A DNA stretch of 64,000 bases from the human T2T-CHM13v2.0 reference genome, Homo sapiens. The position numbers and the translations under genes are program-made. The stretch is from NCBI RefSeq assembly GCF_009914755.1, contig NC_060939.1; one strand, written 5' to 3'. Positions 59,556 to 64,000 of the stretch are shown piece by piece. The notes beneath the pieces are model-generated. The model was given only the letters and a program-made list of their open reading frames with translations, ran no database searches and was not told the DNA's origin. The first letter of the stretch is position 1; each line of letters opens with the position of its first letter.

Positions 59556-59716
59556 TTCCACTGCACTCCATCCCATCCCTTTCCACTCCATTCCATTCCA
59601 ATCCTTTCAACACCATTTCATTCCTTTCCATTCCATTCCACTGCACTCCATCCCATCACTTTCCACTCCATTCCATTCCACTCCTTTGTACACCATTTCA
59701 TTCCTTTCCATTCCAT
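59556..59716 (+). repeat. 80 bp tandem duplication
   Basis: CTGCACTCCATCCCATC.CTTTCCACTCCATTCCATTCCA.TCCTTT..ACACCATTTCATTCCTTTCC at 59561 and 59641. Confidence 0.88.
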
Positions 59717-62700
59717 TTGATTCCATTCCTTTCAATTCCTTTCCCTTCGATTCCATTCCATTCGTATCTATTCCATTCCATGCCAGTCCATTCCATTGCA
59801 GTCTATTCACCTCCACTCCACTCTGTTCAATTCCATTCCTTGTCATATCATTCTATTCCACTCCAGTGCACTTCACTCCACTACACTTCATTCTATTGAA
59901 TTCCACCGCATTCCATTCCATTCCATTCCACCCCACTCCTCTCAAATTCACCAAATTCCATTTGATTCCATTCGATGCCATTCAATTCCATTCCATTCGA
60001 TTCCATTCCTTTCGATTCCATTCCATTTGATTCCATTCCATTCCAGTCCATTCCATTTGATTATATTCCATTCGATTCAATTCCATTCCATTCCGTTCCA
60101 TTCCATTCCATTCCATTCGATATCATTTCATTCCATTCCATTCCATTCCATTTTTTCGTTTTCATTCCTTTCCATTTTATTCCATTGGAATCCATTGATT
60201 TGGATTCACTTCGAATCCATTAGATACCATTGCTTTTGATTGAATTCCATACCATTCGATTCCATTGCACTCCATTCCCTTTTGTTCCATTCCATTCGAG
60301 TCCATTCCATTCCTTTCCATTCCATTTGATTCCATTCCATTCATGTCAATTCCATTCGATTACATTCATTTCCCTTCCATTCCATTCGATTCTATTTCAT
60401 TCCATTCCATTCCATTTGAGTGCATTCCATTCCATCTCATTCTATTCCATTCCATTCCTTTCTAGTCCATTCCAATCTAGTTCATTCCATTCCATTCCAT
60501 TCAATTGCTTTGCATTCCACTCCACTCCGCTCCATCACATCGCACTCCACTCCATTCCATTCCACTCCTTTCCACTCCATTTCACTCCATTCCATTCCGT
60601 TTGTTTCCATTCAATTCCTTTCCATTCCATTCCATTGCATTCCATTTCACTCCACTCCACTCCATTCAATTACATTCCTTCCCATTTCATTACATCCACT
60701 CCATTCCACTCCACTATATTAAGTTGCATTCCTCCCCATTACATTCCACTTCATTCCAATTCACTCGTCTACACTTCACCGTATTCCATTTGATTCCACT
60801 TGATGACATTTGATTCAATTCAATTCATTTATGTTCCATTCTATTTCATTCCATTCGATCCCATTCAATTCAATTCCATTCCATTCGATTGCATTGCATT
60901 TCATTCCATTCCATTCCATCCATTTCCATTCAGTTCCATTCCATTCGTTTCCATTCTATTCAATTCGATTCCGTAGTATTCCATTCCATTATGTTCAATT
61001 CCATTCCATTCCTTTCGATTCCATTCCATTCCATTGTATTCCACTACACTCTCTTCCATTCCACTCCTTTCCACTCCATTTCACTCCATTCCATTCCATT
61101 CTATTCCATTCCATTGAATTCCATTCAATTCCTTTCCATTCGATTCCACTCAATTCGAGTGCTTTCCATTCCATTCAAATCCATTCCATTCCAGACCATT
61201 CCATTCCATTCCAGTGTATTCCACTCCACTCCACTCCGTTCAATTCCATTCCCTCCCATTTCATTCCATTCCAATCCTTTGCACTCCACTCCAGTACCCA
61301 TCATTCTATTCCATTCCACCCAATTCCATTCCACTGCATTCCACTCTACTCCACTCATCTTCACCGCATTCCATTTGATTCCATTTGATAACATTCAATT
61401 ACATTCCATTCGATTCCTTTCCATTTGATTCCATTCCATTCCAGTCCATTACATTTGATTCTATTCCATTCGTTTTGATTAGATTCCAATCCATTCCATT
61501 CCTTTCCATTCCATTCTATTGCTTTCCTTTCGTGTCCATTACATTCCATTCCAATCCATTCGAATCCATTGCATTTGATTCCCTTCCATTCCATTCGATG
61601 CCTTTGCATTCAATTGCAATCCATTCCTTTCAATTCAATTGCACTCCATTCCATTTTTTCCATTCTATTGGAGTCCATTCCATTCCTTTCCATTCTATTC
61701 ATTTCCATTCCATTTGATTACATTCCATTTGATTCCATTCCATTCAATTCCATTCAATTCGTTTCCATTGCTTTCCGTTCGATTCTATTGCATTCCATTC
61801 CATCCCATTCCGTTCCATTCTTGTCCTTTCCAATCATGTCCTTTCCATTCCATTCCATTCCATTGCATTCCATTCTACTCCACTACACTCCATCCCATCC
61901 CACTCCACTCCATTCCGTTGCACTACTTTCCACTCCATTTCCCTCAATTCCATTCCATTCGATTCCATTCCATTCCTTTACATTCTATTCCATTGCATTC
62001 CATTCCACTCCACTCCACTCCATGCAATTCCATTTCTCCCCATTCCATTCCATCCGCTCCTTTCCACTCTACTCCACTACATTAAATTCCAATCCATCCA
62101 ATTCCGTTCCACTGTATTCCAATTCACTCTTCTACACTTCACCATATTCCATTTGATTCCATTTGATGACATTCGATTTCATTCAGTTCGATTCCATTCC
62201 ATTTGATTCCCTTTCATTAGAGTCCATTCCATTTGAGTCCATTCCACTCCATTCAATTCCAGTCCTTTCCATTTGAGTCCATTCCATTCGATTCCATTTC
62301 ATTCCAGTCCATTCCTTTCCAGTCTATTCCATTCAAGTCCATTCCATTCCATTCCTTTACTTTCCATTCCATTAAACTCCATTCAATTCCATTCTGTTCC
62401 ATTCCATTCCATTCCACTCCATGTCACTTTGTTCTGTTCCTTTCCATTCCATTCTCTTACACTCCATTCCACTCCACTCAACTTCACTCAATTCCATTCC
62501 ATTCCATTCCCTTCCATTCCAATACACTCCACTACATTCCATTCGTCTCCACTTCTTTCTACCCCACTCCACTCCACTGCATTCCAATCAACTCCACTCC
62601 ACTCCACAGCATTCCACTCCACTGCATTCCATTCCACTCCTCTCCACTCCATTCCATTCCATTCCATTGCATTCCACTCCACTCCACTCCAATCCACCCT

Positions 62701-62956
62701 GTTAAATTTCTTTCTTTTGCATTCCATTCCATTCTATTCCACTCCAATCTAGTCCACTCATATAAATTCCATTCCACCCCATTACATTCCATGCCATTCC
62801 ACTGAACTCCACTCCACTTCATCGCATTCCATTTGATTCCATTCAATGCAATTAGATTCTACTCCATTCGATTCAATTCCAATCTATTCCATTAAATTTC
62901 ATTCTATTCCATTCTATTCCATTCCATATGATTCCATTCCATTCGATTGCATTCCA

Positions 62957-63075
62957 TTCGATTGCATTCCATTCGATTCCGTTCTGTTTGATTCCATTCC
63001 ATTCGAGTCCGTTCCATTTGATTCCTTTCATTTCGATTGCATTCCTTTCGATTCCGTTCTGTTTGATTCCATTCC
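62957..63075 (+). repeat. 75 bp-offset duplication
   Basis: TTCGATTGCATTCC.TTCGATTCCGTTCTGTTTGATTCCATTCC at 62957 and 63032. Confidence 0.8.
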
Positions 63076-64000
63076 TTTCTATTCCCTTCCATTCGATTCC
63101 ATTCAATTCGATTCCATTCCACTTGATTCTGTTCTATTTGATTATATTCAATTTGAGTCCATTCCATTCGAGTGCATTGCATTCGATTCCATTCCATTCC
63201 ATGCCATTCAATTCCATTCCTCTGCACTCCACTCCATTCCATTCCATTCCATTCCATTCCATTCCATTCCACTGCATTCCACTCCACTCTACTCCCCTGC
63301 AGTCCATTCTACTCTACTCCACATCACTCCACACTATTCCATTCCATTCCATTCCTTTCCATTCCATTCCATTCCATTCCATTCCACTCCATTCCATTCC
63401 ATTCCAGTCCATTCCACTCCACTCCACTCCATTCCGTTCAATTCCATTTCTTCCCATTCCATTCCGTTCCGCTGCAATCCACTCCACTCCACTCAATTCA
63501 CTGAATTACATTCGATTCCATTCCATTACATTCAATTCCATTCCATACGAGTCCTTTTTAAGCGAGTCCATGCCATTCGAGTCCATTCCATTAGAGGCCA
63601 TTCCTTTCGAGTCCATTCCTTTCCAGTCCATTCCATTCAAATCTATTACATTCGAGCCCATTCCGTTCGAGTTCTTTGCATTCCATTCCATTTCATTCCA
63701 TTCCATTCCTTTTCTTTCTATTCCATTCTATTCCACTACATTCCATTCCACTCCATTGCACTCCATTCCATTCCATTCCATTCCACTCTACGTTCCATTC
63801 AATTCCACTCCTTTCCATTCCACTTCACTCCACCCCACTCCAATCAACTCAATTCCACTCCATTCCATTCTATTCCATTTCATTTCATTCCATTCCACTC
63901 CACTCCACTCCACACCATTCCACTCCATTCCATTCCATTCCATTCCATTCCACTCCATTCCATTCCGTTCCATTCCGCTCCACTCCATTCCTCTCCACTC

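Larger units (their letters stand above)
197..63535 (+). repeat. Dispersed ~40 bp module-boundary motif, consensus CTTCACCGCATTCCATTCGATTCCATTCGATGCCATTCGA, about 105 copies
   Basis: Seen: exact consensus at 17907-17946 and 36852-36891. Recognisable copies start at e.g. 3761, 8319, 12246, 15242, 16262, 23993, 26213, 29253, 31451, 35377, 42749, 43404, 44148, 46941, 50108, 55436, 58955, 59946 and 62817. The copy count is by eye and includes degenerate copies. Confidence 0.85.
1..64000 (+). repeat. Satellite III (HSat3-type) array: diverged (CATTC)n on the + strand, (GAATG)n on the - strand, rich in CACTC, TTCGA and GAGTC variants
   Basis: Seen: every line consists of CATTC pentamers or 1-2 substitution variants (CACTC, GATTC, GAGTC, CAGTC, AATTC, TATTC); G is very scarce on the + strand; no non-satellite stretch. 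Established: (CATTC)n/(GGAAT)n defines Satellite II/III; the ATGATG-containing 23-26 bp units typical of HSat2 are not seen. Inference: hominoid pericentromeric heterochromatin; subfamily not determinable by eye. Confidence 0.96.

Noticed and set aside
60187-60191. GGAAT on the + strand suggesting an inversion
   Set aside because: Explained by a single C>G change in the common TTCGAATCC variant.
197-63535. Recurring ~40 bp motif resembling CRISPR direct repeats
   Set aside because: Intervals are 240-1170 bp of the same satellite rather than short unique spacers; the motif is degenerate and pentamer-derived, and there are no cas genes.
41-63988. Hundreds of ORFs, up to 512 aa (e.g. 23243-24781, 15727-17100, 46475-47839), encoding HSIPF or MEWNG repeats
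   Set aside because: A pure CATTC/GAATG repeat has no stop codon in any frame, so ORFs overlap in all frames on both strands and share one 5-residue cycle. There is no domain, codon structure or frame preference, and many starts are TTG/GTG.
1-64000. Satellite II (HSat2), telomeric repeat or alpha satellite identity
   Set aside because: No ATGATG-containing 23-26 bp units, no TTAGGG arrays, and no 171 bp monomers or CENP-B boxes were seen.
1-64000. Assignment to a named array or subfamily (e.g. DYZ1, D15Z1, chr9 HSat3) or a fixed global higher-order period
   Set aside because: No homogeneous kb-scale period spans the window; assignment needs k-mer or alignment comparison to T2T references, which I cannot run.

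Overview
The whole 64 kb window is one uninterrupted, single-orientation array of diverged (CATTC)n/(GAATG)n pentamers. This is classical Satellite III (HSat3-type pericentromeric heterochromatin of human or a great ape); the organism is inferred, and chromosome and subfamily cannot be assigned without a search. I find no genes, RNA genes, transposon insertions, CRISPR arrays or strand inversions. All listed ORFs (HSIPF/MEWNG repeats) are by-products of the pentamer, and I found no evidence of a novel gene-based system. The non-obvious structure is a nested grammar of about 105 variable-length modules (counted by eye, spacing about 240-1170 bp, mean about 600 bp). Each module typically runs TTCGAT-rich, then GAGTC-rich, then CATTC, then CACTC-rich. 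It ends in a roughly 150-160 bp cassette with near-fixed internal spacing (CCTTCCC ~65 bp CCACCCC ~43 bp CTTCACCGCATTCCATTCGATTCCATTCGATGCCATT). On top of this sit duplications of different ages: an old ~5.5 kb duplication, a ~1.1-1.2 kb tandem pair, a 239 bp duplication, two triplications (~150 bp and a near-perfect 145 bp) and many 45-90 bp duplications. CpG decay is visible on both strands. Counts and offsets were read by eye and need computational confirmation.
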